64,000 bases of DNA, from positions 6,773 to 70,772 of the forward strand of contig DATGPV010000050.1 in assembly GCA_035304545.1 (NCBI GenBank), in the 5' to 3' direction. Below are positions 50,756-59,433 of this stretch, piece after piece; position 1 is the first letter of the stretch, and each line of letters opens with the position of its first letter. The position numbers and the translations under genes were made by a program. This DNA comes from Limnochordales bacterium. GTDB taxonomy: Bacteria > Bacillota > Limnochordia > Limnochordales > ZCTH02-B6. Below the pieces are notes generated by a model that saw nothing but the letters and a program-made list of their open reading frames with translations, was not told where the DNA came from and made no database searches.

Positions 50756-52468
50756 ATGAGACGCAGCCTGATCGCCTATGGGATTTTGGCGGCCGTGCTG
50801 GCGGGGGTCCTGGGTGTTTTGTGGGCTCCCCCGGCGGCGGCCCAGCAAGACCACCAGCAGGAACGCCGGATCGTGCAGGTGGTTATCGTCGGCAACGAAC
50901 ATGTGCCGGAAGAGACCATCCGCGGGGTCCTTACGCACCTGCGGCCCGGGGAGATCCTCGATCCCGTCCAGGGCAACGAAGACCTGGTGCGCATCTACGA
51001 GCTTGGCTATTTCCTGGATGTGACGTCGCGGCTGGAGCCCGTGCCGGGCACTCCCAACGGGGTCCGGGTCATTATCGAGGTCTTCGAGCTGCCGGTCATG
51101 GAGGAGCTGGTCGTCACCAGCGAAGAGGTGCCCGCCGAGGTGGTCCGGGAGTGGATGGGCCTCGAGGAAGGCAAGATCATCCACTGGGACACCTATTTGG
51201 AAGCGCTGACCCGGGTGCGGGACCGGGCCCGGGAAGAGTATGACGTGCTGCTGCAGCCCTCCATCGACGACTCCCGGCTTTTCCGGGAGGGCGTCCTGAT
51301 CGTCGACTGGCGGGCCGTGCGGGCGGGCGACATCATTGTTGAAGGCAACGAGAAGACCAAGGATTTCGTCATCCGCCGGGAAGCCCGGTTCCAGCGCGGG
51401 GACCTGCTGCGGTTCAGCCAGCTGCAGCGCATGACCGACCGCCTGATGCTGCTGGGCATTTTCGAATCGGTGGCCCCCGAGTTGGTCCCCACCGACGATG
51501 AGACGGTGGCCGACGTGCTCATCCGGGTGCGGGAGCGCCAGACGGGGCGGCTCAACCTGGGCGTAGGCTACAGCACCGTGGACGGTTGGCTCGGCTTCAT
51601 CGGCCTGGGCGATGACAACTTCCTAGGCCGGGGCCAGCGGGCCCACCTCAGCTGGGAGTTCGGCCAGAAACGGACCACCTACGAGCTGAGCTTCCACGAG
51701 CCGTACCTCTTTGGGACGGAAACGTCCTTTGAAATCAACCTCTACAATCGCACTGGCGAGCGGCGGGCCGAAGGGGTGAAGTATACGGACCACCGGGCGG
51801 GCGGCGACCTGACCCTCGGCCGTCCGCTGGGCGAGTACACGCGCGGGTTCGTGCGCTACCGGTTGGAGAACTGGACCCGGACTCCCGAAACCGGTGCCGA
51901 GACCAAGGGCGAGACCCGCAGCATCACGCTGAGCACCCGCACCGACACCACCGACAGCCTCTTTATGCCGACGCGGGGCCTTCGCACCGGCCTGTCCGCG
52001 GAGTTCGCCGGCGGGTGGCTGGGCGGGACCAGCTCCTTTACCAAGTACCAGGGCGACATCAGCCACTACATCAAGGTGGGCAGCAACGATCAAACCCTGG
52101 CCGTCCGGGCCATGTACGGCCACGGCCACAACTTGCCCGAGCACGAGCTGTTCAGCGTCGGCGGTTCGGAGACGGTGCGGGGCTACGATTACGACGCTTT
52201 CCGAGGCGACCGGATGGCCGTGTTCAACGTGGAGTACCGCTTCCCCATCGCGGTGTCGCTGGGCGGCCAGGCCAGCAACCTGCAAGGCGTGGTGTTTGTC
52301 GATGCAGGACAAGCCTTCCGGCCGGGTGAGCCGGTGAGCCTGAACAGCCTCAAGATGGGCTACGGCATCGGCGTGCGCCTGGACACATTCCTAGGCGTCA
52401 TCCGCTTGGACTACGGCATCGGCGAAGAAGGCGGCAAGTTCTACTTCAGCACCGGGGCGACCTTTTAA
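50756..52468 (+). CDS. bamA: Outer membrane protein assembly factor BamA (Omp85 family)
   Basis: Signal peptide (AAVLAGVLGVLWAPPAAAQQ), POTRA-like repeats (IVQVVIVGNEHVPEETIRGVL; IIVEGNEKTKDFVIRREARF), Omp85 barrel (GGSETVRGYDYD, VFVDAGQAF) and C-terminal FYFSTGATF beta-signal. ATG 50756 after AAAGGAGG. Confidence 0.9.
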   Translation: MRRSLIAYGILAAVLAGVLGVLWAPPAAAQQDHQQERRIVQVVIVGNEHVPEETIRGVLTHLRPGEILDPVQGNEDLVRIYELGYFLDVTSRLEPVPGTPNGVRVIIEVFELPVMEELVVTSEEVPAEVVREWMGLEEGKIIHWDTYLEALTRVRDRAREEYDVLLQPSIDDSRLFREGVLIVDWRAVRAGDIIVEGNEKTKDFVIRREARFQRGDLLRFSQLQRMTDRLMLLGIFESVAPELVPTDDETVADVLIRVRERQTGRLNLGVGYSTVDGWLGFIGLGDDNFLGRGQRAHLSWEFGQKRTTYELSFHEPYLFGTETSFEINLYNRTGERRAEGVKYTDHRAGGDLTLGRPLGEYTRGFVRYRLENWTRTPETGAETKGETRSITLSTRTDTTDSLFMPTRGLRTGLSAEFAGGWLGGTSSFTKYQGDISHYIKVGSNDQTLAVRAMYGHGHNLPEHELFSVGGSETVRGYDYDAFRGDRMAVFNVEYRFPIAVSLGGQASNLQGVVFVDAGQAFRPGEPVSLNSLKMGYGIGVRLDTFLGVIRLDYGIGEEGGKFYFSTGATF

Positions 52469-52527
52469 GGCGGCGGCGGGCGCGGCCCGCCGCCCGTGGC
52501 CCGGTTTCGGGAAAGGAATGATGGATC

Positions 52528-53001
52528 ATGGCACGGCGGTGGCTGGGGAAGAGGACGGCTCTCTTGTGGGCGGGCGGCCTGGGGCTGGTGGCCCTCTTGG
52601 CTCTGACCGCCAGCACCAGCCTGCTGGCGCAGGGCGGGACCGTCATCGGGTATGTGGACGTGGAGCGGGTCATCGAAGAGTACCTGTTTCCGGCCTTGAA
52701 CGAGCCCTTTGAGCGGGAAGTGGCCCGGCTGCAGGCGGAGTTCGACGAAGCCTCCGCGGACTTGGCCGACGAGGAGAAGCTGGCGCTGTTCCGGCAGTAC
52801 GAGGAAAGGCTGGAGGAGTACCGGCAAGCCTTGGTGGACGGGGAGACGCCCCGCATCCATGCGGCCGTGGCGGCGGCCGCCGAGGAGCACGGCGTGGCGG
52901 TGGTGCTGGCCCGGCCCGCGGTTCTCCATGGCGGCGTCGACTTGACCGATACCGTGCTGGCACACCTTTACGGGCAGCGGGAAGCCCCAGCCGCACCGTG
53001 A
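52528..53001 (+). CDS. skp: Periplasmic chaperone Skp/OmpH family
   Basis: Signal peptide, IGYVDVERVIEEY, coiled-coil middle, then VAVVLARPAVLHGGVDLTDTVL. Located in the classic bamA-skp-lpxD position. Confidence 0.8.
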   Translation: MARRWLGKRTALLWAGGLGLVALLALTASTSLLAQGGTVIGYVDVERVIEEYLFPALNEPFEREVARLQAEFDEASADLADEEKLALFRQYEERLEEYRQALVDGETPRIHAAVAAAAEEHGVAVVLARPAVLHGGVDLTDTVLAHLYGQREAPAAP

Positions 53002-53107
53002 CCCGCAGGGCAGCCCCGGGGGGCAGAGCCGCCCCGGGGGAGGGGCAGGGCAGCCCCTGGATGGCCCCGGGTCTGCTGGGGCATGATGCCCACGGAGGAG
53101 GGTTCGC

Positions 53108-54166
53108 GTGTATACCCTGGGGACGCTGGCCCGCTTGGTGGACGGCGAGCTTACCGGCGATCCTGATCGGACGGTGACGGGCGCCGCGTCGGTGGACGAG
53201 GCGGGGCCGGAGCACGTCACCTTCGCCGCCGATGCCAAAGCGCTGGCCAAGGCCCAGTCCGGGCAGGCCGGCGTGGTCCTGGTGCCCCGGGACACGGCCG
53301 ATATCGGGCGTCCCGTGATCCGGGTGGACAACCCGCGCCTGGCCTTTGCCCAGGTGCTGGAGCTGTTCGCGCCGCCCATCCACGGTCCCGTCGGCGTGCA
53401 CCCCACTGCCGTCATCGGCGAGGGGGTGGCGCTGGGCGAGGGTGCCGCGGTGGGCGCCCACGCCTACATCGGCCCCGGCAGCCGCATCGGCCGCAACGTG
53501 CGCATCTACCCCGGCGTATACGTGGGCGCGGGCGTCGAGATCGGCGATGACACCGTGGTTTACCCCCAGGTGGCCATTATGGATCGGGTGAAAATCGGCC
53601 GGCGGGTCGTCATCCAACCCGGGGCCGTCATCGGCAGCGACGGCTTTGGCTTGGTCACCGTGGACGGACGCCACGTGCGGGTGCCCCAGATCGGCACCGT
53701 GATCATCGAGGACGATGTGGAGATCGGCGTCAACTGTGCGGTGGCCCGGGCCACCGTGGGCGCCACCCGCGTCGGCCGCGGCACAAAGATGGACGGGCTT
53801 TCCTACGTGGCCCACAACGTCGTCGTGGGCGAGGATGTGATCATCGTCGGGATGGTGGGCATCGCCGGCAGTGCCCACGTGGAGGATGGGGTCATCCTGG
53901 CCGGCCAGTCGGGTGTGGCCGGGCACCTGCGGGTGGGTGCGGGCTCGGTGGTGCTGGCCCGGGGGCTGGTGGCCTCGGATTTGCCGCCCAAGTCCTTCGT
54001 GTCGGGCGTGCCCGCCCGGCCCCACGCCGAGCAGATGCGGGCCCTGGCGGCCCAGCGCCGGGTGCCAGAGTTGCTCAAGACCGTAGCCGACCTCCAGCGC
54101 CGGGTGGCGCAGCTGGAAAGCCAGGCGGCCGCGTCCGCGCCGCGGGCCGAGGTGGAGTCCGTCTGA
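53108..54166 (+). CDS. lpxD: UDP-3-O-acylglucosamine N-acyltransferase
   Basis: N-terminal LpxD domain (LGTLARLVDGELTGDPDRTVTGAASVDEAGPEHVTF), long hexapeptide-repeat LbH region, GSDGFG and GIAGS motifs. Confidence 0.93.
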   Translation: MYTLGTLARLVDGELTGDPDRTVTGAASVDEAGPEHVTFAADAKALAKAQSGQAGVVLVPRDTADIGRPVIRVDNPRLAFAQVLELFAPPIHGPVGVHPTAVIGEGVALGEGAAVGAHAYIGPGSRIGRNVRIYPGVYVGAGVEIGDDTVVYPQVAIMDRVKIGRRVVIQPGAVIGSDGFGLVTVDGRHVRVPQIGTVIIEDDVEIGVNCAVARATVGATRVGRGTKMDGLSYVAHNVVVGEDVIIVGMVGIAGSAHVEDGVILAGQSGVAGHLRVGAGSVVLARGLVASDLPPKSFVSGVPARPHAEQMRALAAQRRVPELLKTVADLQRRVAQLESQAAASAPRAEVESV

Positions 54167-54193
54167 CGGCCTGAGGGGCCGCGTGCCTCGACA

Positions 54194-54233
54194 AGCGCCC
54201 GTGGCCGCCCGGAGCGCGGGCGCCGTTTTTTTG
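54194..54233 (+). terminator. Rho-independent terminator after lpxD
   Basis: GCGCCCG...CGGGCGC stem, followed by CGTTTTTTTG. Confidence 0.75.
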
Positions 54234-54391
54234 TTGGTGCAGCCCTATCCTAATCTCCCTGCATCCTTCCTATCACCATCGCCCCGGTCGCCATGACACC
54301 GATATCTCCGGAGCGCTCCCATCGCCCGGGCCCGGCGGTCGCCCCCGACCGTCCAAAGGGCACCGGCGCGTCTCACTGGACCTGGCGCCAG

Positions 54392-54438
54392 GCTGGCAGT
54401 CCGCCACAGGGCTGCCAGGTCCGCCACAACGCTGCCAG
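54392..54438 (+). repeat. Tandem 19-20-nt repeat, 2.5 copies (GCTGsCAGgTCCGCCACA), upstream of the OMP/lpt genes
   Basis: GCTGGCAGTCCGCCACA at 54392, GCTGCCAGGTCCGCCACA at 54411, GCTGCCAG at 54431. Confidence 0.65.
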
Positions 54439-54563
54439 AAATGGCGATCCTGGCGGCCGGAGGGAACCTGCGCCGGGCTGTCGAAAACTGTCGCGAACGG
54501 TGCTGGGGACCGGCGGCAGGCCGGTCCGCGGTCCGGGGGGCGGGGGCCTTGGGAGGCCTCTGC

Positions 54564-55283
54564 ATGAACGGCGAGACAACTTGGATGCCCGCGCCGGTGG
54601 GCCGGCGCCGGGGCGGACCGGCGGGCAGGGCCCGCGAGCGCAAGGGCGCCTTCCCGCGGTTTCGATGCTGGCGGGCAGCCGTGGTGCTGGCGGTCGCGCT
54701 GGCGGCGGTCGCGGCCAAGGCCCCGGCAGGCCAGGCGGCCGTGATGGGGACCACGGGCCTGCTCCAGATTCCCACGGCCGACGTGTCGCCGCCAGGTGCC
54801 GGGCGCTTGGCGGCCGGGGTGGACGGGAGCGAGTTCCTTCTGTCGGTGATGGTCAGCCCGTTGCCCGGTTTGGAAGTGGGCGGGGCGGCCCGGTCGCGCG
54901 GCGCCGTCGCCCCGCAGCTCAAGTACGCGGTGGCCGCCGAAAGCGCCGGCGCCCCGGGATTCGCGGTGGGGCTGGCGGGCGACAGCTACTACGCGGTGCT
55001 CAGCCGCCGGCTGAGCAGCCCGGGCCTGCGGCTGCACCTGGGCGTGGGCGCGGGGCGCTGGGGCCCGGTGCTGGCGGGGGTGGAGGCTCGCCTCCGCTCG
55101 GTGGCGGTGACCGCTGCGGACGCCGGGCCCAGCGCCCCCGCCGTGAGCCTGCTGGTGGATTTCGACGGGCGGGCTGTGGCCCTGGGCGCGCGGCTGCAAT
55201 GGCCCGCGGGGTGGACCGCCGCGGCGGGGGTCCGGGCCGGTCACGGCCTGGTGGGCCAGGTCGCCTACGGGATCCATTTCTAA
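54564..55283 (+). CDS. Putative small outer-membrane beta-barrel protein (YjbH-like N-terminal motif)
   Basis: Signal sequence (AAVVLAVALAAVAAKAPAGQAAV), GTTGLLQIPTADV motif, alternating beta-strand-like pattern, C-terminal ...QVAYGIHF ending in Phe (OMP beta-signal). Start uncertain (ATG 54564 or 54585). Confidence 0.5.
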   Translation: MNGETTWMPAPVGRRRGGPAGRARERKGAFPRFRCWRAAVVLAVALAAVAAKAPAGQAAVMGTTGLLQIPTADVSPPGAGRLAAGVDGSEFLLSVMVSPLPGLEVGGAARSRGAVAPQLKYAVAAESAGAPGFAVGLAGDSYYAVLSRRLSSPGLRLHLGVGAGRWGPVLAGVEARLRSVAVTAADAGPSAPAVSLLVDFDGRAVALGARLQWPAGWTAAAGVRAGHGLVGQVAYGIHF

Positions 55284-55358
55284 GCAAGGGTCCGGCGGTG
55301 GGCATGGGCCAGGGCAGCGCCGGGTGCCGGTGCCCGGGGCCAGGAGCGCGGGGCGGGT

Positions 55359-56456
55359 TTGAGGCTGCAGTTGCTGGATCGCTATATCCTGCGGGAGTTC
55401 ATCGGGCCCTTCCTCGGCTGCGTGGCCGGTTTCTCCGTCATCTTGGTCAGCGGCCTGCTGTTTGAGCTGACGGACCTGATCCTGGTCAAGCGGGTGGAGG
55501 GGCAGGTGGTGCTGCGCATGTTGCTGTACCGCCTGCCGGGCCTCGTGGTCCTCGCGCTGCCCGTGGGGTCCTTGTTCGGCGTGCTGCTGGCCTTGGGGCG
55601 GCTGGCCCGGGACCATGAGCTGACCGTCATCCGGGGCGTCGGGGTGCCTTTTTGGCGCATCGCCATTGGCCTGGTGGCCGCCTGCCTCGCGGTGAGCGCG
55701 GCCGCCTATTGGCTCAACGAGCGGGTGGTGCCGTGGACGAATCACGCGTACCAGAACCTGGTCCGGCAGGCGGTGTTCAAGGACCCCGTGCCCACCGTCC
55801 AGGAGCAGGTCTTTTTCCGGGACGCCGACGGCAACGTCTTTTACGTGCGGCAGGTGGACACCGCCCAGTCACGGCTGGTGGACGTCATGATTTACCAGCC
55901 CGGCGGCCGCACCTTCCCCCGCCTCATCACCGCCCGGGAGGGCCTGTTCACCGAGCGCTTGTGGCACCTGCGGGACGTGGTGACCCGGGAGATCGGCGCC
56001 GACGGTTTCGTGGAGCGGGAAGTGTGGGCCGAGAGCCTGGCCTTTCCCATGACCGAGAGCACCGTGGAAGTTTTTGGCAACCAGCGCACCACCGACGAGA
56101 TGAACCGGGCGGAGCTGGCCGAGCACATCCGGCTGTTCCAGCGCAGCGGCATCGACGTGCGCCCGTTCCTCGTCGACTACCACGTCAAGCTGGCCCTGCC
56201 CTTTGCCAGCCTGGTGCTGGCCCTGTTTGCCGCCCCCTTGAGCCTGTGGGGGGGACGGCACGGCTGGGTGTTTGGGCTGGGAGCCAGCATCGGCCTGGCG
56301 TTCCTTTATTACACCTTGGCGGCGCTCTTCCGCTCCCTGGGCACCAACGGGGCGCTGCCGCCGCTGGTGGCCGCGTGGCTGGGCAACATCCTGTTTCTGG
56401 CCCTGGGCATCGTGCTGTTTGTGCGGGCCGACCGGGCGGGGCGGTCGCTGCTTTAG
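55359..56456 (+). CDS. LptF/LptG family LPS export permease (YjgP/YjgQ)
   Basis: LLDRYILREFIGPFLGCVAGFSVILV N-terminus, 3+3 TM helices around a periplasmic beta-jellyroll-sized insert, about 365 aa. Confidence 0.88.
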   Translation: MRLQLLDRYILREFIGPFLGCVAGFSVILVSGLLFELTDLILVKRVEGQVVLRMLLYRLPGLVVLALPVGSLFGVLLALGRLARDHELTVIRGVGVPFWRIAIGLVAACLAVSAAAYWLNERVVPWTNHAYQNLVRQAVFKDPVPTVQEQVFFRDADGNVFYVRQVDTAQSRLVDVMIYQPGGRTFPRLITAREGLFTERLWHLRDVVTREIGADGFVEREVWAESLAFPMTESTVEVFGNQRTTDEMNRAELAEHIRLFQRSGIDVRPFLVDYHVKLALPFASLVLALFAAPLSLWGGRHGWVFGLGASIGLAFLYYTLAALFRSLGTNGALPPLVAAWLGNILFLALGIVLFVRADRAGRSLL

Positions 56457-56496
56457 TGGCAGCCCGGGCAGACCTTGGGGCAAAGGACGTGACGGC

Positions 56497-58650
56497 TTGA
56501 ATCCTTGGGCCCGGTGGGGCGCCGCCGCGCTGGCTTGGTGGGCGGTCCTGGCTCTGTCGGCCGGGGCCCTCGCGGCGGACCCGGTGTTGGTGCAGGCCGA
56601 CGGCATCAACTCTTGGGACGGCACGGGGCTGTTTACCGCGGTGGGCAACGTGACGCTGCGCTACCGCGACGCGGTCATCACCGCGGACGCCATGCGCTAC
56701 GACGCCGAGGCGGGGACGATCCTTTTTGAAGGCAACGTCGTTTACGTCGAAGGCCAACAGGAGCTGGCCGGCGCCCGGCTGCACTATGATCTCAACACGG
56801 CCACGGCGGTTTTTGAGGACTTGGACGCCATCGTCTACGCCCAAGGGGTCCAAGGGCCCATGTTTGTGCGGGGCCAGCGGGTGGAAAGCACCTCGGACGT
56901 GGTGGTCATCCAAGGGGGATTCCTGACCACCTGCGAGTGCCAGGAGGACCGGCCGCCGGCCTATCATTTCACCGCCCGGGAAATCGAGATATACCCGGGG
57001 GACCGTCTGGTGGTCCGCGGGGTCACCTTTTACGACCACGGGGTCCCCCTTTTGTACTTGCCTTGGCTCACCTTGTCCCTGCGGGAAGACCGCAACCACT
57101 TTGACCTGCCCCAGATCGGTTACAGCGAGCGCACCGGCTGGTACATCAAGACCGCGTACAACTACGTGCTGGCATCGGGCCTCTACGGCGCCATCCTCTT
57201 GGACTGGTACCAGTACCTGGGCTTTGGCGGGGGCGTGCGCCACACGTATCTGCACGACGGGTCGGGCCGGGGGACGGTGCTGGTCTACGGCGTCGCCAAT
57301 CGCAGCGGCGGCAGCGACGGCACCTTGGAGTGGGAGCGGGAATGGAACTTGGAGCGGTGGCGGCTGGCCACCCAACTGGGCTACGACGTGTCCACGGAGC
57401 CCGGCGGCGTGAACGAGGAAGAGATCCGGGGCGAGCTGCGTTTCGAGCAGACCGCGGGCCCCGGCGCGGCCCGGGGCGATCTGGAATACCGCATCGTCAC
57501 GGGAAAGGACCCCCTGGAGCGGTTTGCCGGCAGCGTCGAGCTGCGCCGCCCGGTGGGGGCCCAGTGGGAGTTTTACGGCCGGGCCGACGGCTTTGAGCAT
57601 GACAAGCCCGATGAGCCCTTGCGCCGCTGGCTCGGGTATACGGCGGAGCTGCGGCAAGCCACCGCGGACTACACGCTGTCCATCCGGGTGCACCAGCAGG
57701 TGCACCCCGACCTGCGGGACGAGAAGAAGAGCCCCAACGTCCCCTGGACCCACGTGAGCCGCCTGCCCGAGATCACCTTGGAAACCCGGGCGGTGGCTGG
57801 GATCAGCCTGCGCGCGGGCGTGGCGCGCCTCAAGGAAGAGCCCGACGGCATCGCCGCCTGGCGGGGCGAGGCCCAGGCGCGGGCCCGCCGCAGCTGGCCG
57901 GTGGGCCAGCGGGCCGTGCTCACCTCCAGCACGTCGCTGCTGGGCCAGCTCTACAGCACTGAGGATCGGCAGCTGTCCTTCGAAAGCCGGACAGGGTTCA
58001 ACTGGCAGTTTTCCCAGCCCATGGGCCTGACGCTGCAGCACACCTATCGGGAGGCCTGGGGCCACTCGCCTTTCCGCTTTGACCGGGTGTCCCCGGCGTC
58101 TACGTTGGCGGGCCGCCTCAACTGGCGCAGCGCGGCCTTGACGGCCACCCTCAGCACCAGCTACGACCTGCTGGACCAAGAGTGGAATCCCCTCACCATC
58201 AGCGGCATCGCCCGCCTGAGCGCCAACGCGAGCCTGCGGGCGGCCGCCCAGTACGAGACGGCCGTCCGCCGCTGGCAGCGGGTGGCCGCGACCTTGGACT
58301 GGCAGCCGGCCGAGGGATGGCTGGTGCGGCTGGGCGGGCAGTACGACGTGCCGACGGCCCAGATGGAGCGCGTGGACGTCCAGTGGGAGTGGTCGGTGCG
58401 GGGGGGCTGGAAGGGCGGCCTCACCACCATCTACCACCCCGCCAATCAGACTTTCACCCGCCTGGAGGTATTTTTTGCCCACGACGCGGAGTGCCGGGAA
58501 ATCCGGTTGAGCTACGATCACGAGAGGCGGGAAGTTTGGCTCCAGTACCAGATCGCGGCCTTCCCGCTGAGCCGGGTGGCGGTGGGCGCATCCGAGGACA
58601 AGCTCTTGTTTGAGTCCGACGCCTTGTCGGAGTTCCTGGGGATCGAGTGA
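56497..58650 (+). CDS. lptD: LPS-assembly outer membrane protein LptD (OstA family)
   Basis: Signal peptide, OstA N-domain (GNVTLRYRDAVITADAMRYDAEAGTILFEGNV), then FLTTCEC...AYHFTAREIEIYPGDRLVVRGVTFYDHGVPLLYLPWL, typical of LptD, then a large barrel. Start at TTG 56497; the upstream part of ORF 56272 overlaps the lptF/G gene. Confidence 0.8.
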   Translation: MNPWARWGAAALAWWAVLALSAGALAADPVLVQADGINSWDGTGLFTAVGNVTLRYRDAVITADAMRYDAEAGTILFEGNVVYVEGQQELAGARLHYDLNTATAVFEDLDAIVYAQGVQGPMFVRGQRVESTSDVVVIQGGFLTTCECQEDRPPAYHFTAREIEIYPGDRLVVRGVTFYDHGVPLLYLPWLTLSLREDRNHFDLPQIGYSERTGWYIKTAYNYVLASGLYGAILLDWYQYLGFGGGVRHTYLHDGSGRGTVLVYGVANRSGGSDGTLEWEREWNLERWRLATQLGYDVSTEPGGVNEEEIRGELRFEQTAGPGAARGDLEYRIVTGKDPLERFAGSVELRRPVGAQWEFYGRADGFEHDKPDEPLRRWLGYTAELRQATADYTLSIRVHQQVHPDLRDEKKSPNVPWTHVSRLPEITLETRAVAGISLRAGVARLKEEPDGIAAWRGEAQARARRSWPVGQRAVLTSSTSLLGQLYSTEDRQLSFESRTGFNWQFSQPMGLTLQHTYREAWGHSPFRFDRVSPASTLAGRLNWRSAALTATLSTSYDLLDQEWNPLTISGIARLSANASLRAAAQYETAVRRWQRVAATLDWQPAEGWLVRLGGQYDVPTAQMERVDVQWEWSVRGGWKGGLTTIYHPANQTFTRLEVFFAHDAECREIRLSYDHERREVWLQYQIAAFPLSRVAVGASEDKLLFESDALSEFLGIE

Positions 58651-58704
58651 GGCGCCGCGAACCCGTTCGCCAGGGCGACGGAGGAGTTGCACCCCGTGGG
58701 GTCC

Positions 58705-59388
58705 ATGCAGGCACGCAACAGACGCTGGGTGATGGTACTGCTTTTGGCCGCCGCCGGGGCCGCCGGGATCTGGCTGGCCCGCCGGGCCGGCGGGCCGGCT
58801 GAGGCGCCGGTGCCCGTGGTGGAAGACACGCGCCCGCAGCTCACGTCCACCCGCGTCGTGGGGCGGCACCAGGGAGACCGCCAGTTCGAGTTGGAAGCCG
58901 GCGCCATCGCCGACGAGGGCGACTGGATCCGCCTGGACGCGATTGAACACGGCGTGCTCTACCGGGAAGGGGAAACGTATGTGACGTTCACGGCCCGGGA
59001 GGGCCGCTGGCACCGGCCGTCCAACGATCTTGTCCTGACCGGGGACGTGGTCCTGGTGTACGAAGGCCGCATCCGCGTCTTCAGCGACCGGCTGGAGTGG
59101 CGGGCCGAGAATGAGCTGGTGGTGTCCCCGGGACCGGTGGTGCTGGAGACCGAAGACGACGTGGTCCGGGCCGCGGCCATGGAGGCGGACCTGGGTCAGG
59201 AGGTGGTGCGCCTGCAGGGGGATGTGCGCATCGAGCGGGCCGGGGGCGGCTACATCATGATGCCGGAGGTTTTGTACTACTTGGAGGAAGAGCGGCTGGA
59301 AGGCTACGGGCCCGGGCAAGCGCTGCTTTTGCCCGGCGGACCAGCCGGCGGCGGGCCGGCGGACGGCGACCCGGCGGCCGGCCGGTAG
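58705..59388 (+). CDS. lptC: LptC-like membrane-anchored LPS transport protein
   Basis: N-terminal TM anchor (WVMVLLLAAAGAAGIWLA) followed by an OstA-like beta-jellyroll-type sequence (LTGDVVLVYEGRIRVFSDRLEWRAENELVVSPGPVVLE). Lies between lptD and lptA. Confidence 0.6.
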   Translation: MQARNRRWVMVLLLAAAGAAGIWLARRAGGPAEAPVPVVEDTRPQLTSTRVVGRHQGDRQFELEAGAIADEGDWIRLDAIEHGVLYREGETYVTFTAREGRWHRPSNDLVLTGDVVLVYEGRIRVFSDRLEWRAENELVVSPGPVVLETEDDVVRAAAMEADLGQEVVRLQGDVRIERAGGGYIMMPEVLYYLEEERLEGYGPGQALLLPGGPAGGGPADGDPAAGR

Positions 59389-59433
59389 ACAGGCGATGGG
59401 CTCCATGGGCCCCGCAGGGAGGGTGTGCAAACG

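Noticed and set aside
54392-54410. Sigma-54 promoter (TGGCA-N-TTGC) in the CTGGCAGTCCGCCACA repeat
   Set aside because: The TGGCAG is not followed by a TTGC/TGCA element at the required spacing.
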